This document shows positions 19,727-30,185 of a DNA stretch of 64,000 bases, one piece after another. Numbering within the stretch: position 1 is the first letter of the stretch; each line of letters begins with the position of its first letter. The DNA comes from Spirochaetia bacterium (GTDB taxonomy: Bacteria; Spirochaetota; Spirochaetia; SP-2023). The stretch lies in contig CBDDCK010000005.1 of NCBI GenBank assembly GCA_965225855.1, positions 768,001 through 832,000 on the forward strand. The letters run 5' to 3'. Below the pieces are notes generated by a model that saw only the letters and a list, made by a program, of their open reading frames with translations, was not told the origin of the DNA and ran no database searches. The translations under genes and the position numbers were made by a program.

Positions 19727-19766
19727 ATAGTCTGGGAAATAAAAAGTCATAAATTAGGAGAAAGCT

Positions 19767-20003
19767 ATGGCAATGGATATGGCTGTTGTAGAGCAGCTAA
19801 TCAAAGAAAAGCTGCCCGATGCCCAAGTACATATTAGTGATTTTGTGGGGGATAATAACCATTTGTCTGCTACAGTAACATCGGCACAATTTGTGGGTAA
19901 AACGCGCGTGCAGCAACACAAGATGGTATTCGATGCCTTGGGCGAGAGAATGGGTGATGAACTCCATGCACTGGCAATTCAAACTATTGCCAAAGAAAAA
20001 TAA
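19767..20003 (+). CDS. BolA/IbaG family protein
   Basis: GDNNH...F.GK.RVQQHKMV...LHALAIQT; adjacent to grxD. Confidence 0.9.
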   Translation: MAMDMAVVEQLIKEKLPDAQVHISDFVGDNNHLSATVTSAQFVGKTRVQQHKMVFDALGERMGDELHALAIQTIAKEK

Positions 20004-20017
20004 AAAAGGAAGAAACA

Positions 20018-20341
20018 ATGTCTGTAGAACAACAAATCAAGCAAATTGTGTCTGAATATGATGTAGTTGTATTTATGAAAGGCACACAACAACAACCTCT
20101 ATGTGGCTTTTCTAACACGGTTGCTCAAATTTTGGCCCACCTTCAAGTGAGTTATCACGATGTCAATGTATTGGAAGATGATGCGATTCGCGAAGGTGTC
20201 AAACAATTTTCCCAATGGCCAACGTTGCCCCAAGTATATGTCAAAGGGGAATTTTTGGGCGGTTGCGATATTATTCGGGAAATGTTTAATACCGAAGAAT
20301 TAGCACAGTACTTGGATAGTAAAGGTATTAACCATTGCTAA
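20018..20341 (+). CDS. grxD: Monothiol glutaredoxin Grx4
   Basis: FMKG...CGFS, WPTLPQ, GGCDI. Confidence 0.93.
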   Translation: MSVEQQIKQIVSEYDVVVFMKGTQQQPLCGFSNTVAQILAHLQVSYHDVNVLEDDAIREGVKQFSQWPTLPQVYVKGEFLGGCDIIREMFNTEELAQYLDSKGINHC

Positions 20342-20448
20342 AAAGTACTTAAAGATTTACAAAGTAAAAGTAAAAGCCGTTTTGTCAGCAAAAAATAAAA
20401 GAACTGCTACTTTGTCATATTGCTTGCAGCTATTATACCATCTAGCTT

Positions 20449-22287
20449 ATGTTTAAACGCCTTTACCCTTACATGAAGCCTTTTGCGCGATATTTTTATC
20501 TAGCAATATTTTTACTAATATTAGATATTTTTGTTAATATTATGATTCCTTGGGCTACCGGACAAATTATTGATAAAGTATTCCAGGCAAGTTCTATAAG
20601 TTGGGAACTGCGCCGAGAAACTTTACACCACTTGCTACTACTACTAACTTCTTGTTTTATCGTTCTATTGCTGTGCATTTATTTGCGGGGTCTGGCAATA
20701 GAATGGTTTAGCCAAAAAACAATGCACAGCCTACGAGCAGCCCTGTTTAATCACATGCAAAAACTGGATATGAGTTTTTATCATCAAAACACGGTAGGGG
20801 AATTGATGTCTCGGGTTACCGGTGATATTGAACAGCTACGCAATTATTGTGCTCACGGTTTGCCTGCTACTGTATTTAATCTAATGTTTTTTCCTTCTGC
20901 AGCTATATATATGCTGTATTTAAATTGGCAGCTAACCCTCTTATGTTTGCTGGTATCGCCATTAATCGGATTGATAGCTGTTCGTTTTTCTAAAATCAGT
21001 AAACACAACCAAGAGTATAACCGCAAAATCTATGCCAAATTAAGTGCAGTCGTTCAAGAAAGTTTAAACGGTGTTCGAGTCATCCAGAATTTTATGAGTC
21101 AAGATTATCAAGCAAAGCGTTTTTTAGAATCAAACCGTAAGTTTACGGAGGGGAGGTATCGCTCTGTTAAAAATTGGGCAAAACACGTGCCTGTTCTCGA
21201 GGTATTAGGTTCTTTCAGCAATATTTTAGCTTTAACCATAGGCGGTTACATGGCCATTCGAGGGGATTTTAGCTTGGGGACTTGGATACAATTTACCGGT
21301 TATACTTGGATGTTAGTAATGCCCATGCGCCAACTGGGTGAATTAATTAGTTCCATAAATTTTGCCAGAGTTGCATCGGAGCGTTTGTTTTGCATTCTCG
21401 ATGAGCAACCCAAAATTTACAGCCCAGAAACGGGAGCGTATATACCGAAACAAACTTTACCTGAAGGCCTACATTCAATAGGGCAATTGCCTGGAGGTCA
21501 AATAATACAAACCTACCCTCAAGGAAAAGGTGAAATTGAATTTGTCAATGTTACTTGGTACGGCAGTGATGCAAATACAAAACAAGCTGAGCGAACAGCA
21601 ATATTGGAAAATATTTGCCTAAAAATTCCAGCAGGTAGTAGTCTGGGAATTATTGGCGAAACAGGTGTGGGTAAAACTTCTTTGGCTAATTTGATTTGCC
21701 GCTTTGCCGATCCAGATAATGGCCAAATTTTTATGGATGGAATCGATTTGCGGCAATGGGATATACATGCTTTGCGCTCCCAAATTTCTTATGTAATGCA
21801 AGAACCTTTTTTATTTTCCGATACCTTGGCTTTTAATATCAGCTTCAATGAATCCTCAATCTCGCAAGATAAAGTGATTCGTTCAGCGCAGCGCAGTGCA
21901 GCGCATAGTTTTATTGGCATGCTACAAGAAGGTTATCAAACTATGGTGGGCGAGCGTGGAGTAGGGCTTTCAGGTGGCCAGCGTCAACGCACAGCACTAG
22001 CTCGAGCCTTGGTAAAAGAAAGCTCAATCTTGATTTTAGATGATACCACTTCGGCAGTGGATATGGAAACCGAAAAAGAAATTCAGCAACAACTTTTGGC
22101 CGTGGATTCACACCATACCCGCATTATCATTGCCCATCGCCTTAGTTCTGTAATGCTTTGCACTCAAATTATTGTAATGGAAGAGGGCCGTATTATAGAG
22201 CGTGGCAATCACCAAGAATTGATGGCACAAGAAGGTTATTATTGCCAAGTCTTCAATGAGCAACAACTGCTTGAAAAAGAGGAATAG
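20449..22287 (+). CDS. ABC exporter subunit (TMD+NBD, degenerate Walker B)
   Basis: GETGVGKT, LSGGQRQ, ILDDTTSAVD. Confidence 0.9.
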   Translation: MFKRLYPYMKPFARYFYLAIFLLILDIFVNIMIPWATGQIIDKVFQASSISWELRRETLHHLLLLLTSCFIVLLLCIYLRGLAIEWFSQKTMHSLRAALFNHMQKLDMSFYHQNTVGELMSRVTGDIEQLRNYCAHGLPATVFNLMFFPSAAIYMLYLNWQLTLLCLLVSPLIGLIAVRFSKISKHNQEYNRKIYAKLSAVVQESLNGVRVIQNFMSQDYQAKRFLESNRKFTEGRYRSVKNWAKHVPVLEVLGSFSNILALTIGGYMAIRGDFSLGTWIQFTGYTWMLVMPMRQLGELISSINFARVASERLFCILDEQPKIYSPETGAYIPKQTLPEGLHSIGQLPGGQIIQTYPQGKGEIEFVNVTWYGSDANTKQAERTAILENICLKIPAGSSLGIIGETGVGKTSLANLICRFADPDNGQIFMDGIDLRQWDIHALRSQISYVMQEPFLFSDTLAFNISFNESSISQDKVIRSAQRSAAHSFIGMLQEGYQTMVGERGVGLSGGQRQRTALARALVKESSILILDDTTSAVDMETEKEIQQQLLAVDSHHTRIIIAHRLSSVMLCTQIIVMEEGRIIERGNHQELMAQEGYYCQVFNEQQLLEKEE

Positions 22288-22290
22288 CTG

Positions 22291-24060
22291 ATGGTCGACA
22301 GCCAAATTGAAAACGAAGATGATATAGAACTAAGCCGAGAAACTTTATGGCGTTTACTTGGTTTACTAAGGCCTTGGAAATGGCACGTTATATGCGCTTT
22401 ATTGCTAATGGTCTTAGGGGCTTTAGCTATGTTGACCGGCCCGTATTTGACGAAATTATTAATTGATTATTATGTCCCGAACAAAAAAATTGCTTGGGTT
22501 TTTGGCATAGGCGGCCTTTATGCTTTATTAGTGATGTGCAATGGTGTTTGCCTGCGCTACCGAATAAAAATGATGGTAGTAATTGGCGATAAAGTCCTTG
22601 AAAAACTGCGCCAACAAGCTTTTGAACACGCTTTAAAACTCTCATTTTCATTTTATGACCAAATGCCTAGCAGCAAAGTTATGGTACGTATCGTTTACAA
22701 TACAGAACAATTGCAACAATTTTTAAAACATGGTTTTGTAAACTTGTTGATAGACCTTGTTCGCATTGTGTTAATTTTTGGACTTTTGTTAGCCATTAAC
22801 ATAAAACTAAGCCTAATTGTGCTAGCCTCTTCACCATTGATTGGCCTATTGGTTGCCCTGTTGCGTTCAACAATTCATGAGCGCTGGCAAACGGTGCAAC
22901 AAAAAAATTCAGTGGTCAACGCCTTTTTACAGGAAAATATTTCCGGTATAAAAGTCAATCAGTCCTATTTGCGAGAAGATAGCAATATTCAGCGTATGGA
23001 ACAAAACTTAAGCAGTTTTGTACGTCTGTGGATGCGCGCTATTGTAGCCAATAATGTTGTTTTCCCTTTAGTTTTGTTATTTAACAGTATATCCATTTTG
23101 TTGGTATATATTTATGGTTTTGAACAACTGCGCCTTGGGCTAATTTCTGTTGGCGGTTTAGTTACTTTTGCCCAATATACTTGGATGTTTAATGAACCTG
23201 TAGTCGCCATGAGCCAATATTACAGCCAGATCATGCAAGCTATTTCCGCAGCAGAGCGTGTCTTTGACATTCTCAACCGGCCGATAGAAATTAACAGCCC
23301 GCAACAGCCATTACCACTACTCCGTTGCCGTGGCAAAATTACTTTTGAAAATGTCGATTTTTCCTATAAACCAGAAATGCGGGTATTAAGAGATTTAAGC
23401 TTTGTGCTACAGCCGGGCGAACGAGTGGCCATTGTCGGCGAAACGGGTGCCGGTAAGACAACGATTATCAATTTACTCACGCGTTTTTACGATATTCAAG
23501 GCGGACGCATTTTACTGGATGACCAAGATATTTGCACATTCGATTTAAAAGATTTGCGAAGTAAAGTGGGCGTGATGATGCAAGATAGCTTTTTGTTTAA
23601 CAGCAGCATCCGTGAAAATATCCGCTATGGTAATTTAGCTGCAACCGATGAAGAAGTTTTGACCGCAGCTAAACTCGTCCACGCTCACGAATTTATAATA
23701 AAACAAGAAAATGCTTATGACACGATGATAGGAGAGCGTGGAGTAAAGCTATCGCTGGGGCAAAGGCAATTGCTAGCGTTTGCTCGCATATTACTTTATA
23801 ATCCGCAAGTGCTCATTTTAGATGAAGCAACTTCCAGCATTGACACAAAGACCGAAGCCTTATTACAACAAGCTATTGAAGTAGTGCTTTCCCAGCGTAC
23901 AAGTATCGTGATAGCCCATCGCCTTTCTACTGTTCGCAATGCCGATCGTATATTTGTTATGGCGAATGGACATATTATTGAAGAAGGGAAACACAAAGAG
24001 CTGCTTGCCAAAGGCGGAAAATATTTTCAATTATATGAAAGCTTGAAAATTGAAGCCTAA
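22291..24060 (+). CDS. ABC exporter subunit (TMD+NBD), heterodimer partner
   Basis: GETGAGKT, LSLGQRQ, ILDEATSSID. Confidence 0.9.
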   Translation: MVDSQIENEDDIELSRETLWRLLGLLRPWKWHVICALLLMVLGALAMLTGPYLTKLLIDYYVPNKKIAWVFGIGGLYALLVMCNGVCLRYRIKMMVVIGDKVLEKLRQQAFEHALKLSFSFYDQMPSSKVMVRIVYNTEQLQQFLKHGFVNLLIDLVRIVLIFGLLLAINIKLSLIVLASSPLIGLLVALLRSTIHERWQTVQQKNSVVNAFLQENISGIKVNQSYLREDSNIQRMEQNLSSFVRLWMRAIVANNVVFPLVLLFNSISILLVYIYGFEQLRLGLISVGGLVTFAQYTWMFNEPVVAMSQYYSQIMQAISAAERVFDILNRPIEINSPQQPLPLLRCRGKITFENVDFSYKPEMRVLRDLSFVLQPGERVAIVGETGAGKTTIINLLTRFYDIQGGRILLDDQDICTFDLKDLRSKVGVMMQDSFLFNSSIRENIRYGNLAATDEEVLTAAKLVHAHEFIIKQENAYDTMIGERGVKLSLGQRQLLAFARILLYNPQVLILDEATSSIDTKTEALLQQAIEVVLSQRTSIVIAHRLSTVRNADRIFVMANGHIIEEGKHKELLAKGGKYFQLYESLKIEA

Positions 24061-24262
24061 AGACTTTCAACTTTAGCAACAAATTTTTGTACTCAAAACC
24101 AAATTATGCAGTTTTTCGCTTAGTTAAATGCTTTTAGTCGATAGTAATTTCCTATAGCAGACTAGAAAAAACTTAAAGCATAACAACACAATGCCGACAC
24201 TGTGCTAAGAGTTTTTGCAGGCAAAATATGCTCTTATATGCTACTTTTGGAAGGATATATTA

Positions 24263-25126
24263 ATGGTAAGGAGTTTCTATACGAGCACAAGTGGGCTAAA
24301 GGCTCAAGAACAGCGCATGAATAATGTGGCCAACAATTTGGCAAATGTCAATCGTACAGGTTTTAAGCGCGATATTTCTGTAATGAAAGCTTTTCCTGAA
24401 ATGTTAATCAGCAGGCTCAATGACCAAGTGCAACGCCTACCTATTGGAAGTATTGACAATGGGCCGCTTATTGGAATGTTGGGAACTGGTGTTGAATCCA
24501 ACCAGACTTTCATTGATTTTTCGCAGGGCAGCCTTGTAGAAACAAAGCACCCATATGACATGGGCTTAGAGGGTGCAGGTTTTTTTGTGGTCGAAACCCC
24601 CCAGGGGGAACGCTATACTCGCAATGGCGAATTCACTCTTGGTAAAGAAGGTTTTCTCGAAACAAAAGAAGGGCTGCGTATTTTGGGAGAAAAAGGCCCT
24701 ATCTCACTCAAATTACACAATTTTCGTATCGACCGCAATGGCAATATTTTTTATAATCCAGAGTTTCAAAATGTCGGTCTTGTTGGTGAGCGCGATAATC
24801 GGTGGGAAAAAGAAGAATTATTAGATACCATGAGACTTGTAGGGTTTGAGCGACCACAGCATTTGGAAAAAATGGGCTCTTCTCTGTTTAAGCCCGCTTA
24901 TGAGAGTAATCTGGAAATACCCGTAAGTGGTTATCCGCAATTACTTACAGATAATCAGCGGCCCATAGTGCGTTGGAAAATGTTGGAAAAATCCAATATC
25001 AATGCGGTTTCGGAAATGGTTCAAATGATAGAAGTTCAGCGTGCTTATGAAGCGAATCAAAAAGTTATTCAAACCGATGATCAATTGCTGGGTCGTCTAA
25101 TAAATGGTGTGGGGAAATACGCTTAG
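24263..25126 (+). CDS. flgF: Flagellar basal-body rod protein (FlgF/FlgG family)
   Basis: ANNLANVN..GFKR, YTRNG, LEKSNIN..EMV; start MVRSFY follows AAGGA. Confidence 0.75.
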   Translation: MVRSFYTSTSGLKAQEQRMNNVANNLANVNRTGFKRDISVMKAFPEMLISRLNDQVQRLPIGSIDNGPLIGMLGTGVESNQTFIDFSQGSLVETKHPYDMGLEGAGFFVVETPQGERYTRNGEFTLGKEGFLETKEGLRILGEKGPISLKLHNFRIDRNGNIFYNPEFQNVGLVGERDNRWEKEELLDTMRLVGFERPQHLEKMGSSLFKPAYESNLEIPVSGYPQLLTDNQRPIVRWKMLEKSNINAVSEMVQMIEVQRAYEANQKVIQTDDQLLGRLINGVGKYA

Positions 25127-25155
25127 AAAGATTTGGGTTTTTAGGAGATAATACT

Positions 25156-25950
25156 ATGATTCGTTCCCTTTGGACAGCTGCTTCAGGTATGGACAGCACG
25201 CAGCAATATTTTGATACAATTGCCAACAATTTAGCCAATGTGAACACGGTGGGTTATCGTCGAGTTCGTGCAGAGTTTGAAGATTTGCTTTATGCTCATG
25301 AAAAATTGGCAGGAACTCGCGCTACAGATGAGACGGTTCGTCCCCTTGACGTCTCGATTGGGCACGGTAGTCGCGTTTCAGCAACCCAGCGCATTTTCAA
25401 TCAAGGCGTAATTAAAGCTAGCGAAAATCCTGTAGATATAGCGATTCAGGGTGAAGGTTTTTTTCGGTTGGAAATGCCTAATGGCGAATATTCCTACAGT
25501 CGCAATGGAGCCTTTAAAGTCGATGCGAACAAACAAATAGTTACAGCCCAAGGGTTTCGTTTATCTCCAGAAGTTATTTTGCCAGAAAGTATTAACTTGG
25601 AAGAAGATTTGACTATCACTCGCGATGGTAAAGTCAATGTACGGATCAAAGATGATGTTACAGAAGTTGGGCAGATTGAGTTATTTCGTTTTGTAAATCC
25701 AGCGGGTTTAAAAGCTTTAGGTGAAAATGTCTTTCAAGAGACCCAAGCTTCTGGTCAAGCAATTCAAGGTAGCCCCGAAGACGGTAAAGGTATGGGAAGC
25801 CTTTACCAACGTTTTTTAGAATATTCCAATGTCAATATGGCGAAAGAAATGGTCAATATGATAGTCGCAAATAGGGCTTATGAGTTTAATTCTCGGGCAA
25901 TACGAACTAGCGATAGCATGCTCAATACAGCTATCAATATTAAACGCTAG
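25156..25950 (+). CDS. flgG: Flagellar distal rod protein
   Basis: MIRSLWTAASGM, ANNLANVNT, RAYEFNSRAI.TSD.ML. Confidence 0.92.
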   Translation: MIRSLWTAASGMDSTQQYFDTIANNLANVNTVGYRRVRAEFEDLLYAHEKLAGTRATDETVRPLDVSIGHGSRVSATQRIFNQGVIKASENPVDIAIQGEGFFRLEMPNGEYSYSRNGAFKVDANKQIVTAQGFRLSPEVILPESINLEEDLTITRDGKVNVRIKDDVTEVGQIELFRFVNPAGLKALGENVFQETQASGQAIQGSPEDGKGMGSLYQRFLEYSNVNMAKEMVNMIVANRAYEFNSRAIRTSDSMLNTAINIKR

Positions 25951-25965
25951 GTTTCATGTTCGAAG

Positions 25966-28900
25966 ATGCCTTCCATTCAAGATCTAAATGCCTTTAAGAA
26001 TATAGTAAACCTGCTCGGTAGTGAGCCCGAGGTGGTTCAAGCTAGAGATGAAGCCCTTGAAGATATTCAGCCGGGCGAGAATACTTTACCTTTAATGCCA
26101 GAGCTTTCTGCTATGCGGGAAGCCTTAGAACAAAGAAATCAAGAAGATAGTGAAGATCTTGAAGATAATGAAACCCAAGAACAGATTACTCCTGTAGAAA
26201 ATGAGGTTTTAGAAGAACGGCTCGTAGAAATTGTCATGAATGATGAGCTCGAAGAGCAAGAAAGAGTAGAGCAAGAAGAAAACTTTCTCGAAGAGCAGAT
26301 AGATGAGGAGGCTTTGTATCCTCTTTTCGAAGAATTTGATACGCTTTTTAATGATTCTTCTAATACAGAAAAGCCAGAAGAGAATCCACTGGATGCCCAG
26401 CCATTAGAAGAAACTCAAAAAGAAGTTACGGCTGAAGAATTCGCCCAGCAAAATCAACCCTTTCCTGAAGAAGCTGTACCACAGTCGGTTTACGAAATGC
26501 TGAATACGGGATTTGGAGAATTGGATAGTGAGAGGCTAAGTACAGAAATATTAGATGATAAAGCTGTAGAAGATATAACTCCAGAAGAACTAGAAACCCC
26601 TCCTATGGCAACAGAAATAGAAGAGCCTACGGAGCCAGAAAAACCTCCGATTTTAGCAGAGACCGAAGACTTGCCAACCGATCTGGCTGAAGATGAATTT
26701 AATCCATGGGATGAGTTCGATGATGTAGAAAATTTAGAAGAAAACACTCAAGAAGATGTAGCTTCATACAGCACTGATATAAGTACTTATGATGGCTATA
26801 AAGAAAATACTTCTGAACAGCCTTTATCGGCTCATCAACGTATTCTCCATTTAGAAGAAGCCATCAAAGAGCACCGTAATGTAGACCTGCTTAATGTCAA
26901 TGAAGAACAAATTGAGCAAGAAGATGAAGAGCTGCAATTTATTATAAATCATGATAATGCTCGCGATTTTCTACTCCAGCTAAGTTCCTACCCGATTGCC
27001 TTAAAAATGGCAATTGAGGAAGAGATTGGCGAAAGGGAACTTAACGAAGAAGCTTTAGAAACATTGGTAGATATGGTTATCAATGGGGTTGCTCCCCGCC
27101 ATGTAGCCAATTACTTTTTTTCCCAAACAGGTAAGCGAATCTTACTACCCAAAGGGCAGCGCTATCATGCAATTGCTAAGAAAGACGATATAAGCTTGCT
27201 CTTCCAGCAGCAATTTACCGATCTTGCGCTGCCTGTAATACGCCTTACTTGTGTTGGTATTGTATTATTAGCTTTGTTATTTTGGTTGCCTTTTTATTAC
27301 ATCTATCGTCCAATACAAGCCTATTCATACTATCAGCAAGGCCATTTGGAAATCCTTCGCGATAATTTTAGTCAAGCTGAAAGATTTTTTACCCTTGCAA
27401 CGTATGGTTGGCCTTTGTTCAATGATACTTTTTTTGTTAAAGGTTGGCCTTTTAGATATTGGTATTTAGAGTATGCCAAAGCTTATGCGCAACGGAAAAG
27501 TTTTGCAGAATCAACTTTTAAATTGCGTGAGACTCTGCGCAACTATCCCGATTATCGGGACGCATGGTTTGAATATATCAATCTTTTAAGCCAAGAAATG
27601 GGGGAATATGCCAAGGCAGAAGACGTTATTCAACAATACTATGATCGTTTTGGGCATGATTATCGCTCTTTAATCATACGAGGGCAAAATTACCTAAATT
27701 GGGGTGAAGTCGATCCCATTTATTATGAAGAGGCCCGTTTAGTATTTAGCGCAACTTATAGTTTGGAAAACAAAGATGATCTTCCGTTACTATATCTTTT
27801 GGATTATTATATACGCACCGAACCGTATAACCCCGATGAAGAACAGCTGCAAAAACTAACATCGTTCTTTTTAGACGCAGACCCCATGGAGCTAGAAGTT
27901 CCTGGGCCACTCTTTTCCCAAGTTATGAGTAAAACGGCGGACTACTATTTAAATCAAGGTCAAATTGAATTGGCCAAAAAATTGTTATTAAATGCTTCAA
28001 AAGTTACCAATAACAGTATGGAAGTTTACCGTTCTTTTGCCAATTATTACAACATTGTGGGCGATAACGAGAAAGAAGAAGAAGCTCTCAATATGTCTTT
28101 ATTTTTCTTGCGTTATCGCGATGATCGAAATACAACACCCAATCTATTGGAAAAATTGTCCCTAACAACACGATATGCGAATTTTCTTATAAAAGATCAG
28201 CAAATATCTAGGACGAATTTTTTGTTCAATGCTCTTTTAACCCAATTACAAAAAACAGAGCAACTCTACTTACATACGAGAAAAGGAGAATTATCTAACA
28301 TTTATGCTATGTTTGGCAATTTTTATTACCAAAATACAACAACCGCTCTCAATTCAGTTTCTTACTATCGAAAAGCAATACAACTAGGAATCCAAGCTCC
28401 TTATCTTCGTTATAACTACGGCTATCAACTATACCAAAAGAATGATTTTAACCATGCTGTCGATCAATTTATCGAGAGTCAAGTACATTTGGCTGAAAAT
28501 AATAAAATTAAATATGCATTGGGTAATAGTTTATTGCAAGCAGGTAATTATAATAGTGCCCAAGGTATTATGGAAGAAGCTTATTCAAGTATACAAGAAG
28601 AATTGCGCACAAGCTATTTACTCGACCCTCAGTATTCTAAGGAAGCCCGAGATCGCTTATTTATGTTAGTGCGATTGGCAAATGATCTAGGGGTTTCATA
28701 TTATCGTGAAACTCTGCGAAGCCCAAACCTCAGTAATGAAGAAACATCAATGGCTTATTTTATCCAAGCTATGGGTTATTTAGATATACTTAGCCGTGAA
28801 AATACGGTTGCTTTAAAATTACCTCCCGAGCTGTTATTTCGGCCGCGTTTGCTAAATAGAAAGAGTATTGAAAATTTAGAAAACAGTATTGCCGCTAAAG

Positions 28901-29049
28901 GCCTTATACCCGGTAGTCTTCCCGATAAAAACTTTAAACAAATTTTAGAAAGTAAAATTATCGCTCCTATTCTCCATAAAGACCTTAAACCATATTCACT
29001 TGATATTCTTGATCCAACTATTCTACAGGAAACTATGGGCTATGAATAA
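25966..29049 (+). CDS. flcA: Periplasmic flagellar collar protein FlcA-like
   Basis: N-terminal F...V..LGSEP, acidic cytoplasmic region, one TM segment, TPR-like periplasmic part. Confidence 0.6.
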   Translation: MPSIQDLNAFKNIVNLLGSEPEVVQARDEALEDIQPGENTLPLMPELSAMREALEQRNQEDSEDLEDNETQEQITPVENEVLEERLVEIVMNDELEEQERVEQEENFLEEQIDEEALYPLFEEFDTLFNDSSNTEKPEENPLDAQPLEETQKEVTAEEFAQQNQPFPEEAVPQSVYEMLNTGFGELDSERLSTEILDDKAVEDITPEELETPPMATEIEEPTEPEKPPILAETEDLPTDLAEDEFNPWDEFDDVENLEENTQEDVASYSTDISTYDGYKENTSEQPLSAHQRILHLEEAIKEHRNVDLLNVNEEQIEQEDEELQFIINHDNARDFLLQLSSYPIALKMAIEEEIGERELNEEALETLVDMVINGVAPRHVANYFFSQTGKRILLPKGQRYHAIAKKDDISLLFQQQFTDLALPVIRLTCVGIVLLALLFWLPFYYIYRPIQAYSYYQQGHLEILRDNFSQAERFFTLATYGWPLFNDTFFVKGWPFRYWYLEYAKAYAQRKSFAESTFKLRETLRNYPDYRDAWFEYINLLSQEMGEYAKAEDVIQQYYDRFGHDYRSLIIRGQNYLNWGEVDPIYYEEARLVFSATYSLENKDDLPLLYLLDYYIRTEPYNPDEEQLQKLTSFFLDADPMELEVPGPLFSQVMSKTADYYLNQGQIELAKKLLLNASKVTNNSMEVYRSFANYYNIVGDNEKEEEALNMSLFFLRYRDDRNTTPNLLEKLSLTTRYANFLIKDQQISRTNFLFNALLTQLQKTEQLYLHTRKGELSNIYAMFGNFYYQNTTTALNSVSYYRKAIQLGIQAPYLRYNYGYQLYQKNDFNHAVDQFIESQVHLAENNKIKYALGNSLLQAGNYNSAQGIMEEAYSSIQEELRTSYLLDPQYSKEARDRLFMLVRLANDLGVSYYRETLRSPNLSNEETSMAYFIQAMGYLDILSRENTVALKLPPELLFRPRLLNRKSIENLENSIAAKGLIPGSLPDKNFKQILESKIIAPILHKDLKPYSLDILDPTILQETMGYE

Positions 29050-30175
29050 AAAACTATTGCCACTATTAATTTTACTGCTCCACAGCAGTTTAATCTCCCA
29101 AACTACAGGCGATGATCAATTGTCTCCTGTAGTAGCCGAGCAACAAAACCCTAGTTGGCTGTTATTAGAGCAAGGAAAAATTTTATATCAGCAAAGGGAC
29201 TATGGTGAAGCGTTGCGTAAATTCTTACTAGCAAAGCGTTCTAGCCCTTATGCACCCGAAGCAAACTATTTAATTAGCCGAATTTTCGATGTGGATAATC
29301 ACCTGCGTTTGGCTGTTACACAATTGCAAGAAGCTTTGGATCAAAAAGAATTTTTTTATGATGAGAATGATATATACAAACTTTATATAGTCTTGGCCAA
29401 TATTTACTATCGCCAGCAAGAATTTCACCAATATGAAGCAGCTTTGTTAAAAGCCATTGCCATAGAATTGCCTACAACAACCAAAAGATTCCGTAAAGGC
29501 CGTCAAATCCGTAGTATGTTGCAAACCCAAGGTATTGATAACATACTGTATTACTACGATGATATTTTTTCATATATCGTTCCAGCAACAAATGAATTAG
29601 CCCTTTATTATTATCAGAAGGCTTATTACAACGATAGTTTGCGTTTAGGGCTTTATTCTATTATATCGACATTTTCTCAAGGGATTAAGTACTTACAAGA
29701 ACAACAATATATATCTCGTATCCCCAAAGATATCAACGATTTGTATGAATTAGACCCTGAATATATTATTGATAAGCTGAGTACAGATTTAAAAAGTTTA
29801 GGTGTTGATTACCAGTTTCGCTGGAATTTATCGGATTTATCTTTGGAAGAACCAGAAACACAATTGATCCAAATCATCGGCAAAATTCAAGAAATCGACC
29901 CGCTATATCACTTTAGTTTAATAGGTTATTACCTAAATACATTAGAGCAATATCCAGTAACGCAGGAATTGATATACAAAAATAATTTGTATCGCCATCT
30001 TTATTTTATCGGCTCTGCTCTATCTATCCAGGGGTATATGGACGGTGCCAGCGATATTTTAAATGTCTTAAGCTATTTACCACAAGCAGGAGAATGGCAA
30101 CAACGCTCAATTTCTCAACTGCGCCAATCGTTTATTGACAGACAAGTGCCTTTAGGTACTTACCTGCTAGACTAA
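29042..30175 (+). CDS. Exported TPR-like protein
   Basis: Signal peptide MNKKLLPLLILLL; TPR-like helices. Confidence 0.65.
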   Translation: MNKKLLPLLILLLHSSLISQTTGDDQLSPVVAEQQNPSWLLLEQGKILYQQRDYGEALRKFLLAKRSSPYAPEANYLISRIFDVDNHLRLAVTQLQEALDQKEFFYDENDIYKLYIVLANIYYRQQEFHQYEAALLKAIAIELPTTTKRFRKGRQIRSMLQTQGIDNILYYYDDIFSYIVPATNELALYYYQKAYYNDSLRLGLYSIISTFSQGIKYLQEQQYISRIPKDINDLYELDPEYIIDKLSTDLKSLGVDYQFRWNLSDLSLEEPETQLIQIIGKIQEIDPLYHFSLIGYYLNTLEQYPVTQELIYKNNLYRHLYFIGSALSIQGYMDGASDILNVLSYLPQAGEWQQRSISQLRQSFIDRQVPLGTYLLD

Positions 30176-30185
30176 TCTTCTGGCT

